This document shows, piece after piece, positions 17,961 through 28,306 of a stretch of 64,000 nucleotides of DNA. Both the position numbers and the translations under genes were made by a program. Origin of the DNA: a virus; IMG/VR virus record IMGVR_UViG_3300044797_000318, positions 1 to 64,000 of that record. One strand, given 5' to 3'. Every line of letters starts with the position of its first letter. The stretch's first letter is position 1. The notes beneath the pieces were generated by a model. That model was not told the DNA's origin. It searched no databases and saw only the letters and a program-made list of their open reading frames with translations.

Positions 17961-20900
17961 TCAATCATCGTCAGAATTTTCAAGATCATCTTCCAAATCA
18001 ATCAGACCTTCATCATACAAAGTATCTTCGATTTGATCCACTATCTCTTGAGAATTCTTGGTATTTTTCCATAAAATATCCTTAGGATTGACTTCGGCCA
18101 ACTTCGCCTTGGCTTCTTTGAGATTGATTTTCTTAGCTTTTAGATCGCTAGGCACCCCAGGTGGCCAAGAAATATTGAATAGTTGATCTAAAATAATACC
18201 CATATCATCTTCATAAATATTGGTACTACCGGAGAAGTGTAAAGCTATACCCACACCAAATTCTACTTTTTTATTGAGTTCTTGAATTCTTTCTTTCACC
18301 ATCTTCCAACGATCCGGAAAAATTGTGAGGGTGCACTGGTCTGCGTTCTTATCTTCCAAAACGGCTTTGACCATCGGCTGCCCATAATACTTACCCTCTT
18401 TCTTAACCCTGAACTCAAAGAAGTCTCTGATAATACCCTTAGTAGAACTAATGTTAGTTTTATCTTTTGATTTTTTAACATCGTGGATGGTGATATGTGT
18501 ATCCTTGAAAAAAGCACCGTGAGCCACCGCTGGCTTGCAAATAAAAGATTCGCCTATATAATATTGCTCTAAGGCAAATTTTTCTGGCTCTGTCCAATCT
18601 GGCTCAGACGGATATGGATAGGTAAATTGATCGACATTTGGATTGTGTTTTTTTAACCAAACTTGTAATTTCTTACGATAATCCGAGCAATATAAAAATA
18701 TCTGTTTGCGTGACATTCCGAAAGAATCCAAAGCACCACACGCTGCCAAAGCCTGAATGCTATTAGCTCGTACTGATTTAGAGCTAACTCGGGTCATAAA
18801 ATCGAAGAAGTCCTTGAAGGGGCGTTTGGAAATAATATCCTTGATAGCATCTTCCCCAACAAACTTGATAGCGTCCAAACCGGTCACCAATCGATTACCA
18901 TCCTCAATAGTATAAACTAATTGTGACTTGTTGATATCTGGTGGCACAATTTTAACTCGATGCTTGCGCAGTTCCTTTTTGATTTTCTCAATATTAATAT
19001 TGGCATCTGGCGTATTAGACTTCACTTCCGCCATCAAATTAGCCATTAGAAATTCGACTGGATAATGAGCTTTCAAGTATGCCGTTTTGTAGCTAGTCAT
19101 AGAATACAAAATAGAGTGAGACATATTGAAACCGTAGCCTTGGAACTTATCTACTACTTCATCCCAAATTCTTTTAGCAATTCCCTCATTAATGTTATTA
19201 TTCTTAACTGCATCTCGAATAAATTCTGCTCTCCATTCTTGTGCCTTCTTAGGGTTTTTGCCTTTTTCTTTTGTTAGCTTGCGCAAACGATCGGCAGAGT
19301 GCAAAGACCATCCAGCGATATCTTGCGCTAAATACATCAAGGATTCTTCATACAAACCAAATCCGAAGGTGTTATTGAAAGCCCTTCCCAAATTAGGGTG
19401 TAATAGGGAGAATGCCTTTTTACCATCTTTGGTTTGAATAAAATCATTTCTCATATCACGAGCAGAGGGGCGAGCCAATGAGTTAATGTAGCTAATATCG
19501 TTAATTGATTTGGGTTTAATACGTCGCCCCAAATCAATAGTACCACCTGAGGTTCCCAACTGGAAGACACAAAAAGTATCGCCATTAGAAATAACATCGT
19601 AAGTTGCCTGATCATACTCATCGTAATTGATTGGATCGGGAGGCGGCTCTTTACCTGCCTCTTTGATAAGTTGCAGTGTTTGTCCGATGATATCTAAGGT
19701 GGATAAACCAAGAGTATCCATTTTGACCAAGCCATTTTCTTCGGCTTTATCTTTGTCATACTCAATCGCTAGCGCCCCGTCCTTATCCTTTCTCAACGGA
19801 ACCAATCCAGTTAGAGGACGAGCAGAAATAATGATACCTCCTGCGTGAGTAGACCAAGCACGAAACTTTCCACAAATACTTTTGTATTTCTCAAACTGCG
19901 TATATTTCTTAGCATACTCGGCAAATAATGGAACTTTGGCCAAAGCTTCATCAATAGAGTGAATATCTGCTGGAATACAATCAGCTACATCATTACCGAT
20001 CTTAACCGCTTCATCTTTGGAGCCGCCCAACTCACAAGACCTGGCAATATCTCTGACATAAACTTTGGGAGTAATAGTATTAACATTGGAAACGTGTGCC
20101 ACGTTTTCATCGCCATATTTTTTTCTGAGATAGTTTTGCACTTTCTCGCGACCTGACGGAGCAAAATCCGTATCAATATCTGGAAAACTAGATTTCTCTT
20201 TATTGTGGAAGCGAGCAAAAATCAAACCATACTTGATAGGGTCAGCTTGATGAATTCCCAATAAAAATCCAATGAGGGAGCCTCCAACTGAACCACGTCC
20301 CTCACCTACCGCAATTTCATGCTTTCTAGCCCACTCTATAAAATCGGCCACGATGAGCATGTAGCTCGAGAAGCCATGGTACTCTAAAACGTCTAGTTCC
20401 TCCGACATACGATTTTGATATTGTTCCATATTAGATGCGTTCAGATCTTTGATACGGGTGCTAAAAAATTTCTGACAATGAAATCGCAAGAAGGCCTTAT
20501 CTTCTTCCAATGCTGATTCTGCAATTGGCTGAGTAGCTCTCCACTCAATAAATTCCACATAATCCGGTTCATCTTTAACCAGAAAAACTGGAAGTTCTTT
20601 GCCGCTTGGATTGGAATATTTGGGATCAATCCAGTCTGGCTTTTCGCATCGATCAGCAAAATAAATGCTATTATCACATAGGAATTGGGCTACCTCTTCA
20701 CCATAATTCCTGACAAAGAAAGATTTAACTTCATCCCCACTTTTTAGATAGAATTCTGGTACTGGATAGCGCAAACGAAAGTTAGAATAAATGGGCTGAT
20801 GAGAACCAATCGCCAAAAACACATCATGTGTTTCTGCTTCCTCTTTGGTAAGATAATGGGCATTGCAAGCTGCCACCACTCGTATATTTAATTTTTTACC

Positions 20901-21503
20901 TAAACTAATAAGCTGGCGATTGAGAAAAAACTGGTCAATCTCATCGTTAAAGATATTAGAACCACGCTTCATATTATTGGGCTGTACTTCAATGCCTAAA
21001 TCATCTCCGAATATTTTTTGGAGACGCAGCAGGGTTTCTTCTGCCTCAGAAGTTTTGTGCTTCATTAAAAGCTGACTGACAATGCCATTGCCACAGGCAG
21101 TTAGGCAAATCAAACCATCAGAATATTGTTCCAGCAATTTCCAGTCAATAACAGAATAAACACGCTTACCGACAAAAGAACTTTGATCGAAGCCCTTTTT
21201 GTTGAGGGTAAGCAGATTGCGATAACCTACCGCATTCTTAGCTAGAAAAATAACATGGCGAAACTTTTCATCAACACTGGCGGCATCATTTTGGAAGTAG
21301 CATTCACATCCTATAATGAGCTTAACCCCAGTGTCCTTTGAGGCTTTAACAGCGTCCCAGGCTGCCGCTAGTGATCCATGATCCGTAATAGCCACAGCTG
21401 ACTGCCCTAATTCTTTGGCACGCTTGAAAAGCGCCTTTGTGGAAATGAGAGAATCGAGAATAGAAAAATCGGTTTGATTGTGCAAGCTGACAAAATCGGT
21501 CAT
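17961..21503 (-). CDS. dnaE: DNA polymerase III alpha subunit
   Basis: PHP domain (LHNQTDFS, ITDHG), GRGSVGGS, FPDIDTDF catalytic motif, HAGG, KMDTLGL, YGFNMSHS. Confidence 0.97.
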   Translation of the reverse strand: MTDFVSLHNQTDFSILDSLISTKALFKRAKELGQSAVAITDHGSLAAAWDAVKASKDTGVKLIIGCECYFQNDAASVDEKFRHVIFLAKNAVGYRNLLTLNKKGFDQSSFVGKRVYSVIDWKLLEQYSDGLICLTACGNGIVSQLLMKHKTSEAEETLLRLQKIFGDDLGIEVQPNNMKRGSNIFNDEIDQFFLNRQLISLGKKLNIRVVAACNAHYLTKEEAETHDVFLAIGSHQPIYSNFRLRYPVPEFYLKSGDEVKSFFVRNYGEEVAQFLCDNSIYFADRCEKPDWIDPKYSNPSGKELPVFLVKDEPDYVEFIEWRATQPIAESALEEDKAFLRFHCQKFFSTRIKDLNASNMEQYQNRMSEELDVLEYHGFSSYMLIVADFIEWARKHEIAVGEGRGSVGGSLIGFLLGIHQADPIKYGLIFARFHNKEKSSFPDIDTDFAPSGREKVQNYLRKKYGDENVAHVSNVNTITPKVYVRDIARSCELGGSKDEAVKIGNDVADCIPADIHSIDEALAKVPLFAEYAKKYTQFEKYKSICGKFRAWSTHAGGIIISARPLTGLVPLRKDKDGALAIEYDKDKAEENGLVKMDTLGLSTLDIIGQTLQLIKEAGKEPPPDPINYDEYDQATYDVISNGDTFCVFQLGTSGGTIDLGRRIKPKSINDISYINSLARPSARDMRNDFIQTKDGKKAFSLLHPNLGRAFNNTFGFGLYEESLMYLAQDIAGWSLHSADRLRKLTKEKGKNPKKAQEWRAEFIRDAVKNNNINEGIAKRIWDEVVDKFQGYGFNMSHSILYSMTSYKTAYLKAHYPVEFLMANLMAEVKSNTPDANINIEKIKKELRKHRVKIVPPDINKSQLVYTIEDGNRLVTGLDAIKFVGEDAIKDIISKRPFKDFFDFMTRVSSKSVRANSIQALAACGALDSFGMSRKQIFLYCSDYRKKLQVWLKKHNPNVDQFTYPYPSEPDWTEPEKFALEQYYIGESFICKPAVAHGAFFKDTHITIHDVKKSKDKTNISSTKGIIRDFFEFRVKKEGKYYGQPMVKAVLEDKNADQCTLTIFPDRWKMVKERIQELNKKVEFGVGIALHFSGSTNIYEDDMGIILDQLFNISWPPGVPSDLKAKKINLKEAKAKLAEVNPKDILWKNTKNSQEIVDQIEDTLYDEGLIDLEDDLENSDDD

Positions 21504-21648
21504 AAGACTTCCTGAGGGTTAAGTATTATAACAAAGTTGCATATCGACTCTTATCGGAGTTTTCTCAGTCTAAGGATAGGCTGCGTATGCTTTGTTAGGG
21601 AATACGGTTTAGAATGCCGTAATGATTAGGCTGGTTACGGTGTCCAGT

Positions 21649-22311
21649 TTATCTTGACAAGATAGACTTCAAGTCTAATTCGTCAAGAGCTTCATTATTA
21701 TGGAAATAATTTATATTCTTGAATTGTTCTTTCCAAAATTTTTTGTTTTTACTTTTTCGGGTAAGTAAATATTGCAAATCTTGGTAAGATAATTTACGGT
21801 ATTGAAAAAGAGCGTGTGACACCAAAGTAACATCATCCCAATGCTGGTAAAGTTCATTTTGAACCTCTCGCATCAGCTTTATCTTAAAAGACATTCTTTT
21901 CTTGCCTGGAAGTGCTAAATTATATTTTTTTATCATTTCTCGGGCACTCTCATTATCATCGGTAGAGCCAGCACTAATAAATTGTGGGATTTGAGAGGAG
22001 CCAGAAATGCCCTTGAAGAGGATCTTCTCCGCTATCAAACCGGCATAACTCAATCCTATATCGGCCCGAGCTAAAAGCTCTAATAGCTCTAAATTTTGGA
22101 TAGAACCAAATTCAATAGGATAATTATAATAAGTACTGCCGTGAATTCTTTTTAATTTTTTATTTTCAAAAACTGACACAGAATATACTTTCATTACGTG
22201 CAATAACGCATAGATCGTATGTCCTGCTTCGTGGTAAGAAGTAGATATTAATTCGAGGGTCTTGGTAACTTTCTTTCTGATTTCTCCGATAGAGCCAGTA
22301 CCTTTTGCCAT
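21649..22311 (-). CDS. Stand-alone M41 (FtsH-type) zinc peptidase domain
   Basis: SYHEAGH, AGLIAE and GSTDD motifs; no AAA or TM domain. Confidence 0.7.
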   Translation of the reverse strand: MAKGTGSIGEIRKKVTKTLELISTSYHEAGHTIYALLHVMKVYSVSVFENKKLKRIHGSTYYNYPIEFGSIQNLELLELLARADIGLSYAGLIAEKILFKGISGSSQIPQFISAGSTDDNESAREMIKKYNLALPGKKRMSFKIKLMREVQNELYQHWDDVTLVSHALFQYRKLSYQDLQYLLTRKSKNKKFWKEQFKNINYFHNNEALDELDLKSILSR

Positions 22312-22313
22312 TA

Positions 22314-22592
22314 TTACCCCGTTCTGATTAGTAACTCCTCAAAATCATTGAGTTTTTGCCCACAGTCTTTCTGCTTACATTTTACATTCAGTTTATCCAT
22401 CCCGATTGGGCCTGATACTATTAAGTCCGTATTATCGGCATATAGCATTCCTGCCTTAGTAAAATTAGCATTTTCTGTGAAGCCGTTACTTTTCAGAACT
22501 TCGAGCAAAGCTAAACTGAGTGGCCTATCAATCTTGAAAACGATATTTTGCCGACCACAGCAAGTTTGCACCACGAACCTCTCTACTTTCAT
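22314..22592 (-). CDS. Hypothetical protein
   Basis: 92 aa; TCCG near the N-terminus. Confidence 0.7.
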   Translation of the reverse strand: MKVERFVVQTCCGRQNIVFKIDRPLSLALLEVLKSNGFTENANFTKAGMLYADNTDLIVSGPIGMDKLNVKCKQKDCGQKLNDFEELLIRTG

Positions 22593-22593
22593 C

Positions 22594-22920
22594 TTATTCC
22601 TTGTTATCTAGATCGACACCCTTACCTTCTAACAAAAGAAGAGCATATTGAATTTTGGCTTGCTGAAATTTGCGAGGCTCTCGATAATTTTCCACAAGTC
22701 CTTTCACCACTTCTTTAGCTCCAGCTAACTTAAAGTCAGCTTCCTCTTCTTTATCAATCGTATATAGATTACCTTCACAATCCACAATAATTTTCTTAAG
22801 TTCCTCGACACTGGCAGCATCTGCTGTTTCCTTGAACTCGGGCATCTTCTTAACAATATTGTCCCACTTTTTTGGTAACCCTGTTAGATTAGCCGCGTCT
22901 TTATCTGTTTTAGCACTCAT
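22594..22920 (-). CDS. Hypothetical protein
   Basis: 108 aa; SD GAGGT. Confidence 0.75.
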   Translation of the reverse strand: MSAKTDKDAANLTGLPKKWDNIVKKMPEFKETADAASVEELKKIIVDCEGNLYTIDKEEEADFKLAGAKEVVKGLVENYREPRKFQQAKIQYALLLLEGKGVDLDNKE

Positions 22921-22935
22921 TTTTCTTACCTCTTA

Positions 22936-24183
22936 TTAATCAATTAATTTAACATTCTTCATAATATAATCCATAGTATGTTCATCTCTAATACGCGAGA
23001 ACAATATTTGCAAATATCCGGTACGGTTCATTTGTTGGATTACCTCATCCACACTGGCCGTTACCTGAGTATTAGCTAAATTCTTTTTCACAATATCAAA
23101 TACTTCTTGATCGGTCAATTGTGTTTCTGGAGTAGTTTCTCTAATCTGATCTAAGACTAAAGACAGAGTGACGTTTTTCTCTGCCATTCCCACGAATTTT
23201 TCTTTATCCGTATCCGACATAGTAGCCCAATCTAACTGAGCTTGTTGCGCCAAATATTGCGCCTCTGATAATGACATCCAGGTAGGAACTGATACTTGAG
23301 TGTCTGCTACTAATCTGCGGGACACCGCCTCTTGAATTTGAGTTCTATTAAAACTAGAAACGCGAGCAAAAGCGGCTTGACCCACAAACTCTTGCAGTTC
23401 ATGGAAATCATTCTTGCCCATCTTTTTTGCCATCTCATCATCTAGGGCACAAGGAATTGTTTTGGAGCCAGTGGCCAATATCACTGTAAAGTGAATAGTC
23501 TTGCCAGACAAAGATGGTAATCCACCTTCTGGGGCTACATAATCAAACTCACGAGTAGTACCCATCAGCATACCCAATAGGTTGTTGTCAAACTCCGCAA
23601 GGGGATTTTTCCCCACCGAGATCATTTCCCCTTTAGCACAGAGGGAATCCACTTTCTGACCATCCACAGTAGCCTCGTAATCAACGATAACATTATCGCC
23701 CGTCTGAACGAAATCAGTATCGCTATATGGCACTGCATCTCCCAAGCGCTCTCGTAGCTCCTGCATCATCTTCTCTGCCACTTCCGTGGTAGTGTGTTTT
23801 TCGTGTGGCTTAGGAATTTCTAAATTTTTCCAATCCAACAACACAAATTCTGGTTTGGTGTGAACCTCAAATTCGGTTGAAAACTTTCCGCCATCAAGCA
23901 ATAGATTATTAAATTTTGGCGCTCCGTGTGGACGAATTTTTTTTTCAAAAAGCGTATTATGGTATGCTTCCTCTGCAAGAGCTCTTTTGAGAGATTCATC
24001 AATTTGTTTCTTATATTCAATTTTAATTGAATCCATAGTAGCGTGTCCTGGACGGAAACCTTTTACAGGTGCCTTCTTAAAAGCATTAAGTACCTCTTCT
24101 TTTTTATTACCAATTTCTATAAAATTGGCTTCATAATGCACCAATAGTTTGCAGGGCTCCATCTCTGTAATATCTATTTTCAT
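22936..24183 (-). CDS. tig: Trigger factor
   Basis: VKGFRPG ribosome-binding loop, FKBP-like GDNVIVDYEA...FDNNLLGM, LDDEMAK. Confidence 0.9.
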   Translation of the reverse strand: MKIDITEMEPCKLLVHYEANFIEIGNKKEEVLNAFKKAPVKGFRPGHATMDSIKIEYKKQIDESLKRALAEEAYHNTLFEKKIRPHGAPKFNNLLLDGGKFSTEFEVHTKPEFVLLDWKNLEIPKPHEKHTTTEVAEKMMQELRERLGDAVPYSDTDFVQTGDNVIVDYEATVDGQKVDSLCAKGEMISVGKNPLAEFDNNLLGMLMGTTREFDYVAPEGGLPSLSGKTIHFTVILATGSKTIPCALDDEMAKKMGKNDFHELQEFVGQAAFARVSSFNRTQIQEAVSRRLVADTQVSVPTWMSLSEAQYLAQQAQLDWATMSDTDKEKFVGMAEKNVTLSLVLDQIRETTPETQLTDQEVFDIVKKNLANTQVTASVDEVIQQMNRTGYLQILFSRIRDEHTMDYIMKNVKLID

Positions 24184-24196
24184 TGTTGAATTCCTT

Positions 24197-24430
24197 TTAT
24201 CTTAATCTACCAGTTCCATCAATTACGTTTTGTTTAGCAGAATAGGGGCGTAAATTTTTTAATGCCCAACATTTCTGAAAATTTTCGTCAGTCATCGAAG
24301 AATATAACAATTTATTTTACGGTATAATATGATCTAACTGCCACTTCCAAGTAGTCGGAACATTATCATCTTTTTTCTAAATTCATCGTGGAAAAGTTTT
24401 CTCAATCTTACATTTACTACAAGTCTTTAT
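24197..24430 (-). pseudogene. Internally deleted HNH endonuclease relic
   Basis: Translates IKTCSKCKIEKTF, stops, then DDNVPTTWKWQLDHIIP*NKLLYSSMTDENFQKCWALKNLRPYSAKQN; same family as 7324..7878 and 44245..45260. Confidence 0.85.
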
Positions 24431-25233
24431 TACCACGATACCTCACCATAAACTTTATGCGATTGTGATTGATTAGAGTTAACTTTTTCCTTACCCTCTG
24501 GACAATGCTCCAAAAAGTCGCACCATCCACACAAAATAGTCGGGTTAGCCTTATACTCTTGTTCTGTTCTAATCTGATTAGCGTAATTTATATATTTCTG
24601 CTTAACATCCAATAACTCATCAACAGAAAACTCTTTGGTTAGGCGTTCTGAGTTGTGGCGCAACATTATATATGACGCCCTAATCTTTTTTATTTCTGGC
24701 CGTTCCGAAACAAGTATAAAGCCATAAGTAGCCAGTTGAAACCAATCATCTTTTAAATATTTTGGATTTTTAGTCGTTTTGAAATCTGCCACTTCCAGCA
24801 CATCATCGACACCCAAACGAATAATGTCAATAGCGCCATTAAGAATAATATTTTCTACGAGCGGGAATTCGAATTTTTTTTCTACAGCAATAACATTGGC
24901 GGGAATACCATATATTGTTTTTTCTGCACTTACACTATGTAAATAACGATCAATAATGTTCCATGCCTCTTGCTTCATCTCAGGATTCATCTTCTCTTTA
25001 TATTCTGCCCACGCCACCTTAAAAGCATCGCTCATAGAATGATTATATGGCAGAAGACATCCCTCAATATAATATTGATGAAAAACCTCTAATACTCTAT
25101 GGCAAAATTTTCCAAGGATATGATATGACATTTCCTTTTTTGGCATTTTTAAAATATAGTTAAACTCAAATTGCTTCTTACATTGATTAAAACATTTTGT
25201 TTTAGATACACTTAATCTTAATGGTTCAGTCAT
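24430..25233 (-). CDS. PD-(D/E)xK RecB/Cas4-like exonuclease
   Basis: LSVS..C, GKFCH, E...GAID...DFKT, QLATY and C-terminal CGWC...C. Confidence 0.85.
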   Translation of the reverse strand: MTEPLRLSVSKTKCFNQCKKQFEFNYILKMPKKEMSYHILGKFCHRVLEVFHQYYIEGCLLPYNHSMSDAFKVAWAEYKEKMNPEMKQEAWNIIDRYLHSVSAEKTIYGIPANVIAVEKKFEFPLVENIILNGAIDIIRLGVDDVLEVADFKTTKNPKYLKDDWFQLATYGFILVSERPEIKKIRASYIMLRHNSERLTKEFSVDELLDVKQKYINYANQIRTEQEYKANPTILCGWCDFLEHCPEGKEKVNSNQSQSHKVYGEVSW

Positions 25234-25247
25234 TTTAATATTTTCAT

Positions 25248-26234
25248 TTATAATATATGGCCATCTAATGCTTTGATAATATTGCTTGCGATTCTCTGCA
25301 CAACTGATACTGGAATAGAATTCCCAATTTGGTGATATAAATTACTATTACTCACTTCTGGTGGAATCTTATAATCATTGGGAACTGGAAATCCTTGAAG
25401 TTTAAAACATTCAAAAACTGATAATTTACGAATTCCAAAATTATCTAATATAAGTGGGACATTATGTCCGCCACTTCCCATATTAGCTGTTAATGTAGGA
25501 CATTCTCCCGACATATTTTTTCTAACTGTATAACGACGATATTGATATACTACATTTTTTTCAGTAATACTGTCTTTCATTTTTTTGATGGATGGACTAT
25601 TTAAATTATTTTGATATAATTTAGCGTCTCCCTTCATCGTAATATCTATTATGTCTCCGAACAACTTTTTAGTTAATGGTATTTCATTTGGAAATTTAAA
25701 TTTCTCACACGCCTCATCATCTAAAAACCCAACAATATAAATACGCTCCCTATTTTGTGGTAGATTGCCATATTTTGTGGCATTGAGTACTTGATACTGG
25801 ATATGATATCCTAATTTTTTTAGAGATTTTTCGATCACTTTGAATGTATTACCATCTTCGTGAGAGAGAAGATTCTTCACATTTTCTAAAAAAACAACCT
25901 GAGGCTTTGTGCCTTTGATAATTTCACATATTCTAAAAAAGATATTACCCTGTGTTTCGTGATCAAAACCTTGTTGAGATCCAGCAATGCTAAATGGCTG
26001 ACACGGAAAACCAGCGCACAAAATATCATACACTGGTATCTTATCGATTTTTATATCATATAAATCTGCAACAAATTTGTGCCCTTTGAAATTATGTTCG
26101 TAGGTTATTTTACATTGGGCGTCCCAATCTGATGCGAGAACCACTTCCCCCTGTCCTCGGAAAGCCAAAGGAAACCCGCCAATCCCACAACAAAGATCTA
26201 AAATTTTTAACATAAAATGTCCTCTATAAACCAT
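25248..26234 (-). CDS. C5-cytosine DNA methyltransferase
   Basis: DLCCGIGG, GFPCQPFS, LENVKNL, PQNRERIYI, LQGFP and IGNSI motifs. Confidence 0.95.
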   Translation of the reverse strand: MVYRGHFMLKILDLCCGIGGFPLAFRGQGEVVLASDWDAQCKITYEHNFKGHKFVADLYDIKIDKIPVYDILCAGFPCQPFSIAGSQQGFDHETQGNIFFRICEIIKGTKPQVVFLENVKNLLSHEDGNTFKVIEKSLKKLGYHIQYQVLNATKYGNLPQNRERIYIVGFLDDEACEKFKFPNEIPLTKKLFGDIIDITMKGDAKLYQNNLNSPSIKKMKDSITEKNVVYQYRRYTVRKNMSGECPTLTANMGSGGHNVPLILDNFGIRKLSVFECFKLQGFPVPNDYKIPPEVSNSNLYHQIGNSIPVSVVQRIASNIIKALDGHIL

Positions 26235-26276
26235 TAAGATTCCGTGATGTAATATAACAGAACTGATATTTTGATA

Positions 26277-26828
26277 AAATTATTTTTTGATGCAAAAACA
26301 TCATAAAATATAGTCAAATCTTGAACAATCAACTACCCAATTATCAGCATGAAAATAAAGTGGTGATTGATTGGCGTTATGAAATTGACGATATTTTTAA
26401 AATAAAAATTATCCAAAATTCCAATATCGTACTGATACGTAATATAATCTAAACGAACTAAAATATGATAATCTATATTTTTAATACTCTTTTGCGTATA
26501 TGTATCATAAGTTATGACATATAATTTATTATATGTGCCACTAGTATTTTCTATTTTTGTTGTTTTAACATCATAATTTTTATGAGCAATTTGATCAACC
26601 AAATCAATGCCATTATCTTCATTAGTTGCCATTATTTCAAAAGACGGGCTGATAATATTTAATCCAAGAAAAGTATTAAGGTCTTCGTATGCAATACATT
26701 CGCCAATTTTCCCGCGAAAAGTATCAATATAAACATTTTGCTTTACAAAATTCCTCACATTGTTTAATTAACGAAGAATTAGTATATATGCGACCATATA
26801 TTGGATTAAATTTTGATTCCATTTTCAT
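26277..26828 (-). pseudogene. Frameshifted PD-(D/E)xK restriction-endonuclease-like gene
   Basis: Core GKIGE...DNGIDL...YDVKT. The N-terminus (MKMESKF...IKQCEEF) and C-terminus (YFHADNWVV) lie in other frames. Very AT-rich; directly upstream of the MTase. Confidence 0.55.
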
Positions 26829-26879
26829 AATTACACCTGAATTTATAATAAAATAATATAATTGACTACATAATTTAAT

Positions 26880-27968
26880 TTAAAAGAGGACGCGCCTTGT
26901 AAAATTAAACCACTCAAGCACAATCCCTGCTCCTGATTTAGCTCCGCCCATTACTGATTGAGCTAAACTACCATCATAGTTAGGATTAGGTTGGTAAGGA
27001 GATTTGCTAATTAGCCATTTATTCGACCAACTATCTCTATAATAATGAGTAATAGTATTATCACGAGGGTTGTAATGCGCCCTTACAAAAGAACCACTAA
27101 CAGGTGCGGAGCCATCTTGTCCCGTATTGAAATAGAAAGTTCCGTCTCTGGCCCTTTCTGGGTCTTCCATGGAAAAATACTGACGATTGATTTGTGGCGG
27201 ATCCGTAGGATCCTCTAAACTGAAATCTTGAAAAATAACCATGGCTCGAGGATCAAACATAGTGGTAAATTGATTGGTTTGTTCGGGGCCAGCATTACCA
27301 GTTTGTGCGGTATTGGGCATAATATCGGATGGATAATATTTCTCTCCCTGATTAGGAACGGGAAGAACTGGCGTGACTTTGCCAGGGATATTGCCAAGTG
27401 GGCCGCCAATTTCACCGTTGCCAATAATACCTACGACCTGAGCGCCTTCTGCGTCTCTATCAGTATACGTGATTTGATAGTTAGAAGAATTGTAGGGTCG
27501 GTTGGTATAAGCGGTCGGATTACCGGCCCAATCAAAAGCAGTGGGTTTAGCTGGTCGTTTAGGATTATAAACGGTCACACCCGAATCGGCTGGATTGAGA
27601 AATTTCTGATCTGGTTGATATGGTGGATCGCCAAAGGGATAGTCATCGGGGGAGATACCCTCGGGGCAAGCTGTGGTGGCAGCGTGTGGCAAACGAGCAT
27701 TACTATTGACGATATCTGTTTGATACTGTTCTATGACAATGGGGGAAGAATCTACACCGTTAGTAGCCAAGATACTCAAAGTGATTAATAACTGATCGAA
27801 CGGGAGAAAAATTGGCCCCGTATACATGGTGGAGAAAAGTGTAGGAGTGGTACCATCCAAAGTATAAAAAATAGTGGCAGGAATATTAGTACAGATAGAC
27901 ACCGTTTTAGGAATGCCCGAAACTACTTGATACTTTGATTGTGTAACGGTAACGCAAATAACTGCCAT
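26880..27968 (-). CDS. Protein with N-terminal Fn3-associated (chitobiase C-terminal-like) domain, probably virion-associated
   Basis: ATIFYTLDGTTPT...YTGPI motif; Pro/Asn/Gly-rich remainder. Confidence 0.7.
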   Translation of the reverse strand: MAVICVTVTQSKYQVVSGIPKTVSICTNIPATIFYTLDGTTPTLFSTMYTGPIFLPFDQLLITLSILATNGVDSSPIVIEQYQTDIVNSNARLPHAATTACPEGISPDDYPFGDPPYQPDQKFLNPADSGVTVYNPKRPAKPTAFDWAGNPTAYTNRPYNSSNYQITYTDRDAEGAQVVGIIGNGEIGGPLGNIPGKVTPVLPVPNQGEKYYPSDIMPNTAQTGNAGPEQTNQFTTMFDPRAMVIFQDFSLEDPTDPPQINRQYFSMEDPERARDGTFYFNTGQDGSAPVSGSFVRAHYNPRDNTITHYYRDSWSNKWLISKSPYQPNPNYDGSLAQSVMGGAKSGAGIVLEWFNFTRRVLF

Positions 27969-27969
27969 A

Positions 27970-28284
27970 TTATACCAAATTGAGGAACCTTGAATTTTTT
28001 TCGGTCATCTTCTTTTTAAGCATAACTCGATAAATCTTGTGGGCGGCTCGGCGGAATACGCGGGCCAAATTCAAGTAAACTCCCTCTCCTTCTCTTCTAT
28101 ACAAGATTATGAACTGGTCGTAATAATCTAAAAACTCCGTCTCGGGAGATATTCCCTTGAAGGAGCCTTTTTCAATGTAGATTAGTTTGTTGAGAGCATA
28201 AAGGAGTAGGAAGCGGTAGAATTTAGGCTCTCCTACTGCCTGATATTTGGGAACGAATTCTTTCTTCAAACCATCGACACTCAT
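27970..28284 (-). CDS. Hypothetical protein
   Basis: 104-aa ORF. Confidence 0.7.
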   Translation of the reverse strand: MSVDGLKKEFVPKYQAVGEPKFYRFLLLYALNKLIYIEKGSFKGISPETEFLDYYDQFIILYRREGEGVYLNLARVFRRAAHKIYRVMLKKKMTEKNSRFLNLV

Positions 28285-28306
28285 TTGAGGATATGCTAAA
28301 ATATAC

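Noticed and set aside
24430-25233. CRISPR-Cas locus suggested by the Cas4-like nuclease
   Set aside because: No repeat-spacer array or other cas genes seen; solo nucleases of this type are common in phages.
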